Under the pieces are notes generated by a model. The model did not search any database. It worked only from the letters and a program-made list of their open reading frames with translations, and had not been told where the DNA came from. The translations under genes were made by a program, and so were the position numbers. A stretch of 61,718 nucleotides of DNA, counting the filler, from Sphacelaria rigidula (taxonomy: Eukaryota), in NCBI GenBank assembly GCA_964200075.2. It is 4 parts of 4 records of this genome, joined end to end, with 100 filler letters (N's around TTAATTAATTAA, not from the genome) between each part and the next. Parts side by side here need not be neighbours in the genome. Positions count along the whole stretch, not along the records: positions 15,459 to 30,816 come from CAXNAA020001785.1; positions 30,917 to 46,271 come from CAXNAA020001786.1; 2 more parts are not named here. The stretch is one strand, 5' to 3'. Shown here in pieces: positions 27,232 through 38,800 of the stretch (position 1 is its first letter; every line of letters begins with the position of its first letter).

Positions 27232-29474
27232 ACTCGAACGACCCACCTCAGACAGCACTTCTGGAGTGTGCTGCTTCCTCCACCCACGCTCCCTGTGTGT
27301 GGTCCACATTTTCTTCTGAGGCTCTGCACTTTGGGAGCCTCTCGACGTCAAACAGCTAGGCCTTGCTAATAGTGTGCAGCGGTCAAGAGAGGCAAGGGCG
27401 GCGGCGAGGGAAACACAAGGCATGATGATCATAATGGCTGTTCTTGTGGTGACGTAGATCGCACTACAGTAGGCCTTGTACACGTTGTGTGTGTCTGTTT
27501 CGCCCTACTTGTAGTCGAGGAGAAATCGTGCGTTCGAATGCCGTGTCTATTTGAAAGGAACCGTGGGGCCCTGCATATGAGGTCATGTTCTGCCTTGTCT
27601 GCGTTTTGGTGAGGCAGCATAGCGACAGTCGCGAGTGGCATCGGTTCTGTTTGTTACTACCGTACTCCGTCTGCGGGAATGGACGAGAAGTGACTAACCA
27701 GTGGGGGGGGGCGGGGGGTGCTCACGATTCTGCATGCCGTAGGCACAATACTATTGACCTCGCGAATAACTAGGGGAGGGTGTCATCATGATCTTGCATG
27801 CCGTAGTCACAAGATCATTGACCTCGCTTCCCTACAAAGCTGGGACGGAGTACGCCGGGGTTTCCCCGAACCATGTTGCAATTACCAAGCGCAAAGAGCC
27901 GTGATGTGTCCAGTGAGACGCGTGAAGGGCGAATAACCAGGGGGGGGGGGGGGGGGGGGGTAAGCGCGCTCCTGGTGTAAACTACGTAGCCTTGCAGATT
28001 GATAATCAATATGTATTTACAAGTTCGTGTGGGTAGGATTGCGCTCGCAGAGGTGGACGTTTGAGAGGAAGAGCACATCTGAATCTCCTTGTGATGGTGA
28101 TGTGTTGAACGTTGTTTTGTGTTGCGATGTGGTCGATGGATGAGAGGCGTTGTACAGGAAGACAATGTTGTCGTGCGTATGATGTGTTGAGTCCTTCGTA
28201 GGAGCCGTGAGTTGATACAGTGTGTGTGTTTGTATTGTGATTACTTATTTATGCGAGTGATGGTTGGGAAGAGGGGAGCAACGCAGCATGTCTCTCCGTG
28301 CGTGCTTGCCTTCGCGAAACGCGGAAGAACGGGAATTTAGCTGGAGGGGTGCAGATTGCTGAAATTCCAAAACGAGTAGATGGTGTGTAGTCTGGTTCTC
28401 CTGGTGGGTGTCGGGTTTGCGAGTGTCGGCGAAGTGGTCACGGTATTTCGTGTGATTCACTTATTGTGTGTGTATATGGTGCTGTTTCCTGTTTTACGTG
28501 TCTCCTTCAAGCATCAGCTGTGGTATGTCCTTGGTTGTACCACGTGCGTTGTTGTGCTGTTGTTCGTTTCGCGTGTATTATGCAATTTGTGTGTGTGCTA
28601 AGTTAGTTGTACCAAGCAGTATAATACGTATTGAAGCCGATGGGTGGAAGTAAGTAGTGAAGCCAATGAACGGGCGGTTGGTGATCGTTCGTGCAAGTTG
28701 TTGGTCCCATGACGGAGGAGTGTGGGTGACAGATTGCGATAGAGTACTGAGGTGAATGCCAAGACGACCGGTTCGAGTGTGAAACGTTCGTTTAACGTTT
28801 CCGTCGGCTGTTCCATTTTCCACGGCGGAAATGTGAAAAACAAAAAATAGGTGCCCTCCTCCCTGAAAAATCGACAGTTCTACGCATTCAACGGTGTTGG
28901 TCCACCTACAACATTTCGTATTATTACCACCTTGTGCCACACCAGCACCGCAAGCATTCAGATCATCATCACTTTAGCCCCAGAAGCACGCGAAGTCACA
29001 CCTGCCCTGCAGCGCCCTTATTTAGGGTGCGGTATCGCGGCTATCTGTCTGTATGAAAGTTGAAGCATTCATTATTGATTCTCGGAGTACCTACTTTCCG
29101 ACGCGAGGACAAAAATATACCTGACCTCGAAAGAAGAGAGGCGCGTCGCTCGTGAAATTTCCGGCAAAGAGACAAATGAACAGTATATATGTTGCACGGA
29201 AACCGTACAAGGGCATGTTGGGTGGGCTACGTCTCACCATGGAGTGTCCGGGTATATTACTGGGGTATTCACTATATCCGTGTTTCCTTAAGTAAATCGG
29301 GTGCGATCTCAATACTCTACCCAGACAGTGGGTAGAGGTAGGTATCATCTCATCCCTTCACCCCAATATTGGGTAGACTTGAGTACGATCTCAATACTCT
29401 GCTCAAGTATTGGGTAATTCGGGTATGACCTAAATGCTGTACACCAAAAGTGGGTGAGTAATCTCAGTAATACC

Positions 29475-29731
29475 GAGTCACCCTACGATGAGGGGGGAGG
29501 GGGTATTTTGGGCCACTTCTTGCGCGAAATTCCAAGTCAAATCGTCCTTGGAAGCAGCAACGGTTGCTCGAACGGGCTTGTTATAGATATATGACGCTCG
29601 TTCATACCGATTGACACCGTTTTGAACCAAATGTAAGCTCACCGCGAGTGTGGCAGGTCGTCTGACACACGTTTGAGCCTGTTTTTTCGTGAAATCGAAT
29701 ACCCTCCGCCCCCCTTATCGTAGGATGACTC
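29475..29731. mobile_element. 257-bp MITE (family B), GAG...CTC termini
   Basis: ~31-bp imperfect TIR GAGTCACCCTACGATGAGGGGGGAGGGGGTA / TACCCTCCGCCCCCCTTATCGTAGGATGACTC; no matching TSD. Confidence 0.75.
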
Positions 29732-29734
29732 TGT

Positions 29735-29907
29735 CGCGACAAAAATGACTATACAGCGCCTCATGTTCGGATTCAGGCTGCATGAAGCGCTTCATATTGG
29801 CGACATTGGCTAGAACGAACACNNNNNNNNNNCATTTCTATTTACGTGAAGATTTTGCCTCCCAAAACCATGCACTTTTGGGGCGGGGGGCTATCGTAGA
29901 AAGTGTC
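29735..29907 (-). mobile_element. MITE family A copy, one end truncated
   Basis: Reverse complement of family A body, ends ...CTATCGTAGAAAGTGTC. Confidence 0.8.
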
Positions 29908-30816
29908 GTATGCTGTCGATACTCTACCCAAGTTCGGGTAGAGTTAGGCTTTGCTTTCTATATTCCACTCAGATATCACGCAGTTGGTGTATATGATCTC
30001 AATGCTCACTCGAATGTTGGGCGAGTAGTGTCAGTAATACCCGGGTATGGAGTATCACTTGGGTATGGCCTCACTACTTTGCCCGATCCCACAGCTCTAC
30101 CCCCAAATATGGACCAATTCGGGTGCGATTTCAATGATCTACCCTACATTGAGAGCTCGAAGTACAAGTTATTGTTCAAACTACCCGGGTTTGGGGCAAA
30201 CCCTACCCGACCTCCCCTTGAAACCGCACAGAAACGGGGGAATCACTCGAAAGTCCATTTCTCTCCCCGTACAGAGGGTGGTGAGAGGGCAAATGAAAAC
30301 CTCCAGAAAACACTCGGGACGTACGAGCTACGGCAGCGATTTGAAATGCCGTTACTCGCTGATAGTCGCGACGCCCGTATCCCGTAACTCACATACCTCG
30401 AGCTTACTCCACACCCCACTGCTGTCGCTTAGTCGTGCTTGCACTTGCCCTTGTATGTCGGCTGCTTCCTACACACTGAGACTCTCGACTGACTCATGCA
30501 CACAGTCACAGCAAATACGTTCCGAAACTGCTTCAAGATACTTCAACCGCACCCCAGATCTAGGGAAAATCTTATCCGCTTCTGCACAAGAGCCCGATTT
30601 GTTTTAAACACAGAATCGAACAGTGTTTTCAGCTGCTTTCGGAATTTGTCACAATATGCACTCCCGCCCCTTCCCCCCCCCCCGGCGTAGGGGGGGGGGG
30701 GGGGCGTACTCATTCGTTGCTTGCCTTAGTCGTTTGACCGGGGGGGATGTACTCATGATCATGCGTGCCATAGTCATCAGACCATTAACCTCGCATCCCT
30801 ACAAAGCCGGGACGGA

Positions 30817-30915
30817 NNNNNNNNNNNNNNNNNNNNNNNNNNNNNNNNNNNNNNNNNNNNTTAATTAATTAANNNNNNNNNNNNNNNNNNNNNNNNNNNN
30901 NNNNNNNNNNNNNNN
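30817..30915. other. Artificial contig-join spacer
   Basis: N-TTAATTAATTAA-N. Confidence 0.95.
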
Positions 30916-31207
30916 NGGGGGGTATCACAGGGGAAGGGGGGCCAACGAGGGGGGGGGCTCCCCGCCTAGCCGGGGCGTCCCCCCCCCCCCCCCCCTTCAT
31001 GCATTCACGGATGTTCACAGCTTTGTGCCGTGGGCTCAGTGCTGCTTAACACGTCGAAGGTGCGGTGTCCTTTCATTAACACGTCGACCGTGGATGACTT
31101 CAGCCGCTGACCAATAAAAATTGAATGTTCAACGATCAGATTTTCCGATTTTTTCATCGTCGCCGAAGGATAACATGCGTGCCGTCTTTTCCATTGTGTC
31201 GTTGCAG

Positions 31208-34200
31208 GTTACTTGACGAGAGAAACAAGGCTCGAGAAAATGCGGCAGGTGCATTTACACAGGAACTAGTTGGAGAAAAAGGCGTTGCTCAAAATGTGGC
31301 AGACGTATCCCCAGAGGGGAAAGAGGTGCGGAGCAGCAGGGTGAATCGTTCGACTATCGACACAGATTTCTCGAGCATTTCTTAACAGTAATTGGAAGAG
31401 AAGTATTCGGGGATAGATGCGCCGTGTACAGTCTCCCTCGTGTCGTCTGGTGAAATCAACTACTATATGCTGCCAGTGTGTCGATTTCAGCGTATGGCGG
31501 GGGTGCATGGGACGCGCGTCGAACGTTGAGCACATGTCGCTCGAGTATCGAATGAGTGTTTTCGGGAGGTGGTTGCATGCCCAAGTCGCTCGGTTGACCT
31601 GCCTTGCATATGTGCTGTTGCTTTCAGTCCAAGACGGGCGGCGGGTCCGTACTCTCTTCCATGTCGAAGATGCTGGAGAAAGTGGGCGAGGGAATGGCTA
31701 TGGCGGTTGGCATCGCAGCCGGTGATCTTACGCTTGAAGAGTTAGAAGAGAAGGTGAATTAGAATCGAATGTCAATCGCCTAGAGCAATATATACTGCCC
31801 TCTGCATGTTCTCGGAAAGCCCTTACATATTGACAAAGCGCGGTAGACTACTGATGATGACGGCTGCGTTTGTGTGCGTGGTTACCGAAAGGTGCCGAAG
31901 CTTTTGGAGAATGTGGACGTCGCTGAGAGCGAATACGTGGCCTCCATCATGGCAGTCAACGGATATACCACAGAGTTTCAACCTGAGCTAGAAGAAAAGC
32001 TCAATCAGCTCCAGGTAAACGTTACATCACGTCTTGAACCCCGATGTGTCGTGCTGAGTTGTCGTTTGAGTAAGTTGTGATGCTGACCTGAGTTCGTTTC
32101 GGCACATATCGTTTGTTACATTTGACATGTCTTCCGTTTTGTCTTGTAACTACATTGGTGCAAGCCCGTTTGTCCTTAAACGCGCACCACCAACTGCATC
32201 CCGAGTGCCACTGAATGTTCAAGAGATCAAGGAGTAGTATAGATGCCACTAGATGAAAGCAGAGGATCCCCTGTTGACCATGTTCGTCCTTCGCCGGCGC
32301 CGCTCTGCAGCTCTTGGAAGAGTCCAGAGTTATGCACGTTCGGGAGGTGCTACTACGACTTGACCAGGCCAGCAAGGGCATGCTAGATTGTCTACTTGGA
32401 TCAGGAGGGCCTCTGGAGGCGCTGGGCGCGTCACTTGCCGAGATCGATAGTGTTGGAGACGCTCGAGAGTTCATTTCGTATGTTCGAAAACGAGCTGGTC
32501 TGGCTCCTGTCCAGGGCGTCGGTGGCCAGTCTCGTATCGAAGCAACGTTGGCGTTTGACGAGGGGGACATGCAACCGCCAAGCGAGGAGGTCCTCGTCGT
32601 GAAGAAGCCGACCTCAGAGAACGGTACATTTGGAGAGCCAAACCTGGACACAGATGGAGCCCGAAAGAGGACATCGTTGGAGATTATGGGCCTCGCAGAA
32701 GATGGAGTGGAACACGCCTTCGAGGCAGCTCGAGATGGAACGGATGAGGCCTCTCGAATGGCGCACGAAATATGCATTTTTCTTTCAGAGGTGATACGCC
32801 GTTGTGAAGGCCGATTCGTGTCGAATGTCTCTTTCCTCTGCCACTGTCACCAGGCAAGGTACAACGGCTATTTTGAGCTGTGCGACTGCTGAGTAGAGGG
32901 ACGATGGTTGACGTTGCATCAAACAGTTCGGTATAGTGATTCACACCTTGGACAGGCCACCAGTGCACCTCCCCCCGTTGTGTCCGGTCTTTTGCTCGTC
33001 CGCCTATCGCAGGTGGTTTCAGTGGAGGAAACCCATGCGCGAGATTTACTGCGTCTTCTCGAAAGGTGAACACTGTTGACAGAATGCGTGGTTGTTGGCA
33101 ACCTCCGGCTACACTGCCGAGTTACTGGTATCATTGCCACCCTACATATCTTCCGTATCTTATAATCGGAAGCACTTTTTCATCACTGCTCCTTGCTGCA
33201 TTACATCAACTGGTATTATGCCGCAACCTCGACGCGGCCTGCTCATTCTGCACCCGACCAATGACAAGGATGAGAGCGTAACCACATGAAGCACGCCAAT
33301 ATTTTCGTTCTGGTTTGCTCTTGTAGGGGCCCTAGGTGCGTGTCTTATATACTTGCGTTGCCTGGAAGGAAACTCTTGTCTAGCGCTTTACATTCGCATG
33401 CTCCGCTGTATTCCATCGGTCGTTCACCAGACACGGTTACGGGAATCGTGTAGCACAGTCAGGGGTGACCGGGCCGCGGGGCAGCATAGACCTTCACGCG
33501 ATCGGCGCTACAATGGAAGACGTCGGCAAGATGGCAATGGCCAACATGTCGGGTATCTCTCCATCCACTTTCATGTGTGCTAAAGCTGTGGTTAACGAGG
33601 GCGAGACATTGAGGAAGGTGCGCCATTCTTGAGTGTCGTGGTCTACCTGCTTTGTTTGCACCGGCACTCGTGCACTTTTGTCGTTTCATGCCCTATTGTT
33701 GTCTTGTCGATACTCTTGGCAGAGAGAGAAGTTGCCGTGCAAGAAGCGAAACGGCGCTCGTACTATTTTGTTTACTGTGATGTTCTTGATGGTCAGGGAT
33801 GGGATTCATCGGCTGTCGAAAAGGCACTCGTTGGGCTGGCGGCACACACAGGCCTGGCGCAAGTTTTAGCCGACGAGTCGTGCCCCTCCGCAAGTAAGGT
33901 GAGCATTCTCACCTTCTCCCATTGTTCTTGTTTGCCTGTGCTTGTTTGGTGGTCCCAAGTTTGCAGAGGCAAATAGGGTAGCAGCAGTAACAATAGCGCT
34001 AAGGATGTGTGGAAAGCCGAAGTCTCCTTCCATGATATGTCAGAAAGCGCTTATAGCATTTGCTCGCCGAGTCACGTTCTCCCCACAAGATACGCGAGTG
34101 GTCGCTCATGCTTATGCCTCGGTGCTCACCCTTCTCCCTCTCCCTGGGTACTGAAAAGAGCAGGTGCACGAGGAAGCGAAGGCGGCTGTGGCACGAGTGT

Positions 34201-35824
34201 CCAAATTGTTCTCCGTGTCACTCAAGCAACTGGCGGCTGCTAAAAGTGCCCACGCAAAAGCCTCTGCTAGGTGAGCAGAAAGAAACAGAGCTTGTCAAGT
34301 TATACCGTGAGCATCTGAACGCTGTCTCGGCCAGCTAACGAAAACCCACCGCTGCCGCATGTTCGACCGTCTCTCGGGCGTGAAGCGGGTTTCACCCCCT
34401 TTTTTTCACAGTCACAGGGATAACTTTCACAATCTTGAGCATCGACGTTTCCTGCACACTCTCAGGTACGAGAAGATCTGTCGAGAAGTGCACGACAAAG
34501 AAGATGCTTTGGCGAAGGCCCGCGTCGATCTCAATACCGAACTCCAGACATCTGGCGCTTCTGTTTCTGTGCCCACTGGCAACCCGTCAGCCGTGGTTGC
34601 ATCTTTGGTGGATACCGCTCATTGCGAAGACGAACTTAACGATATTTCCAACCCATCGAAGCCAAGAAGGAATACATGTGCAAGCGATACTACCGCGAGA
34701 GAGGATGTGTCCAGTGCCCCGTCAAGCCCGCGGCGGGATGCCCCTTGGCTGGAGTCTCTAAGATTGGGCCAGGTGAGCGCGTTCGTGATTTTCATGCACT
34801 AACAATAAATACTGAGCGTTGTAAAAGAGCGTCGTTCTGTAACACGTGAAACGTTATTGATTGCCATCGAAACTCGTGTTGCAGGGGGCCGCCGCTCGCG
34901 TGCAAGCGCTGGAATCGCGACTGGAGTCTCTACACATGGAGAGGGACTCAACAAAACATGCGGTCGAGGATGGCGTGCAAGGGATGGAGTCTGCGCTCGG
35001 CAGAAGTCGTGGAACAGCACGGGATATAGTGCTGACTTTGTTGTCGACAGATGATGTCCGTCAAAAGGATGTAGCGCAGGTGGGGATGCGTCTGTGTAGT
35101 ATATTTCTACGTTTTCCCTGTTGTAGAAAGCACACAGGAATTCGTGCCGCAACATTTCTCCCCACACTTTGCACCGTGTGCCGTATGACGTTTGTGCAAC
35201 AGTCATTGGGGCAAATATATTTTTTGGTGTTGCGGGTTGCATCGCTGCTTATCACTGCCTCATGTGACTGAGCCTCAAGCCCCAACGATGTCAACTAAGG
35301 ACTTTGTACTGAGTTGTGTTTTTTTCATCTGTCAAGTTGCCCTTGCTTGCGCATGACCAATCTTCACCCTCCTGCGCGAACGGCAAAGCAGCTCGCCGTG
35401 GTACATGCACTGCACCGAAAGCCCTCACCGGAATCACGCCCCCGAGGATCTCGTAAGAAATCCCTCTTTTTTTCATGACAATGGTCTGCTCTTCGCCCGC
35501 CGAGTATTCCACTTCCGCGCACGTATATCTTCTGATTGCAAGGTGCTTGACCGCATTCTTGCGGCTTTGGTCGAGACGGCGAAGGCTGTGGCCGCGCAGC
35601 AACGGCGCTTAGACGAGTCCGAAGCGACTTCGAAAATAGACGGAAGAAAGGATGTGGAGGAATTGTTGGAGAGAACTGCCCATCGCGTACCCGTGGAGGC
35701 ACCTTCCGGCGGACTGGATCGTGCTCGTTCGGGACAAGGCGATAGTGTTGGCGAGGCAAGTGATGGAGATTACAGACTACACAGAAATATAAGGCGGAGT
35801 CGAAGTGAAACAGCCGCTGCTCAA
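31208..35824 (+). CDS. Two consecutive F-BAR-like helical domains (first one 5'-truncated)
   Basis: F-BAR C-terminal signature AESEYVASIMAVN...LNQLQ|LLEESRVMHVREVL...IDSVGDAREFI, then a second start GVEHAFEAARDG...EICIFLSE|VVSVEETHARDLLRL, ...W...AAHTGLAQVL, AKSAHAKASAR|YEKICRE, ending IDGRKDVEELL. Recognised by pattern only. Confidence 0.62.
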
Positions 35825-38800
35825 GTGCACATGGTTGGTTACCCAGTCGCCGCCAGATGTTGAGCACCCGTGAACGTGGTTACCCGTGCGTTGTATCTTT
35901 GCAGGTCATGTTTATGGCCTATCACAGCGAGGTTTTGCAGAAGGAGCGCGACCTCCGACGGCGGACTCACCTATCGCCGTTGTCCGGCAAATCCACAGAG
36001 ACTGCCGAGGATGGTGCGGCCGGTTTGAGGCGAGCAGGAGGCGATGGGCAGTCGCCGTTCACAGCAATGGCGGAAGCAGCTCTGGCGCAGGCAAGGAGAC
36101 TCGATCATGTCGCTCACTACCCATCTCCATGATATGGGGTACTTTCATTGCATTTCGGGCTAGGGATCTGCATGGGCGCGCCGTTAGCAAGTTATCCTAA
36201 GATGTCATTTGCTCACCTTTTGGTGGAGCGACCTAGCCACTCGCAGTTTTGAGGTCGCCTGATCTTGCCCGTATTGCAGGACTACAGTACCTTGTACGAC
36301 GTACTATTCAAGCTTGATGTAGTCGCTATGACCATGTTGCCATTGCACCAGTTGCGCCAGCGGTGTTCAGTGGAACGTTTTTATTTGTTCTTGCACAAGT
36401 GCCTTCTCGAGGTTGAGTTCTGTACCGACTGCCATGCGGCGCGTGTCAGTGGTATACCGTGTTCAAGTCACGAATGCCACAACCACGGTGTGACCACCAC
36501 TCTAACCATGTGCACTGTCGTTCGCTCAGGCGCATGCGAAACGTCAGCAGCGACGGACGATATCGAAGCGAACTAGCGAAAGTCCCGCCCAACATAGTAC
36601 TCCACCCAGGAACAAAACACGGAGCATCATGGCTGCAGCAGAGAGTTCATTGACCCCATCGTTAACGGACGGGGAAGGGGGCGCTTTCCCCCGGAATAGG
36701 TGAGCCTTGAATGACTCACCTACACCATATTGCCGACAAAGTATGACTCGTGTGCGTCTGGGCAGTTTGACGGCTCTGATATATTCCGCCTCGCGTCCCT
36801 CGAATTATCCTTGCAGGAGCCGCAGGCGTCGACATTTATCGCGGCATGCAGAGTTCATGGTGGAGTGCCTCAGCGATTCAGAGATTATGGTGTCGCCAAG
36901 GAGCCTGTCCCGGTGGGTGCTGTATTCCCTCCGGTTGTGGCATCAAACCATGAATACCTCGCGAGCTTTGGTGCGGTTAAGCTCTTTCTGTTGCTCTCGT
37001 ATATTATCGCTTGTTTTGTTAACTGGAGCTGTTTTTTTTTTGTGTATGCGGGGTGGTAGGCACGGCGGTGGTTCACTGCATGGCAGTTTCTTCAGAGTAT
37101 CCCGACATGGCTCGGCGCATGGTTCTCGGCATGGTTCAAGAAACGGTTCAAGACACAGTTCGAAGCATGGTAGTGCACAATCATCCCGAAGCAGTTCCAG
37201 GCACGGCAAGCGAACCCCAGACGGTAAGGTGCTTGGTGCTCGAGGAGCCGAACAAGGACTTTCCAAGCGGATCACCCCGACGAGGGAAACGGCACTAGTT
37301 GGGGACGCGTACTCGCATGGTGAGCTGGAGAAAAATGTGATGGATGACTATGGACAAGATCAGGAGTTGCAAAAAAATGCAATTCCAGTCGAGGGAGCAG
37401 TCGTTGCCGAGCAAGCGGAGGAATCGACGCAGGCACACCCGGTGTCAATTTTACGCGAGGCAGACTCTGAACCATTTTTAGTTGGTCCAGCCGCTGACCA
37501 AGCGCCAATGCCCGTGCCGAGTAAATCGGTGGCGATGACGGACACGTCGATTCCGTTGTCTCCTGGGCCGAGGTTGTCCGTCGGCCCGGAATACCGCACC
37601 AAAATGAGCGACAAGGCTATGCAAGGAGTCGCAAGACCAGACAACAGCGATGCTCCCCCCGATATTGATGCAAAGGATGCCTTCCAAACGCAGGCAAACA
37701 GTGTGGATACGACAGAGGACAAACCTAGCGATAACAACACAAAGGCTGCAGCACCGATGCATGGGGATAGAGGAGACTCGGAAGCGGTGACCAGGCAGGG
37801 ACAGTTCGATCAAGTGCACTTCGCACCGATGGCTTCGCCGGAACGCGCCACCTACGCGGAGGTGTGCAGCCCACTATTGTTCGTAAGTTTTGCCCTGCTT
37901 GAAGTTTCGCCTTCATTTCCGGCGTTTATGCCATCATTATTGTATTGTGTTCACCCTCTCTCTTTTGTTCGGTGCGTACCCAGGTTGCAATTGAAGATAC
38001 ATCCTACCCTACAGAGGAGTATGGAATTGTGCCGCTGAAAGGGCGTCCTTCGTTGCACGCACTCAGGCATCGTCTCAGCGACCACCAAGATTCGTTTTCG
38101 TCCAACGGCGAGGTCAGTACGTACCCGACTAGGTGGTATGTGTTCCGGGGCTCGCAGTACAATTGCCTTGGTATCGCTCGAAACCACCCTAGCACGTTGG
38201 TGCTCATGTCATGGTCCTTAGGTTCACCCCAAGCCCAAGCACCCAAAATGAGGAGGGAAGGCACATGCTGGAAAAAGTAGGGCGGGGCACTCGCGATCCA
38301 CGTGGTTGATCGCCACCCTGAGAGGGAGCGCTCTTGACTTAGCAGTGTCGACTGAGTTTGGTTCCTTCCTTGTACCGCTATCCCGCTGCCCTTGATACAG
38401 ATTGGGCTATCAAGTAGCGATGACGAAGGACCTTCACCGGGTAGTCACGAAGACGCGGATCGTGATGGATTTGTCTTCCCTACAGCTGAGCAAACGGGAC
38501 TGAGCCCCCCGACTACACCTGTTCCTCTTCGGGAGTCGTTAGACAATAAGGTGCGTGCAGGATCTGTCGCAGGCACGTGCTTTATGCTCCGAATAGTGGG
38601 AGAATCGACGCAATTAGCATACAAAATCAGTGGAAGATTTGTACTCGACTCCGCGCACAACGAACTTACTTGTATCTGCCTCCCGTTCTTTTGACGTTGT
38701 GCGTGCAAAACTAGACTTTTTTGTTCTGCCAACTGTTCATGAGTCTACAACCTACGCCAACCGCGTGATTCAACCCTGTTCCATGGCGCCTCAGGTCATC

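Noticed and set aside
29260-30200. CRISPR-like array
   Set aside because: Units are degenerate, lack unique regular spacers, no cas genes, eukaryotic context.
32022-32777. 251-aa - strand ORF
   Set aside because: Antisense shadow of the 32311-32790 exon.
36707-38038. 443-aa single ORF as a standalone gene
   Set aside because: Reads through introns; the hydrophobic stretches are intronic. Real exons are 36817-36912 and 37060-37861.
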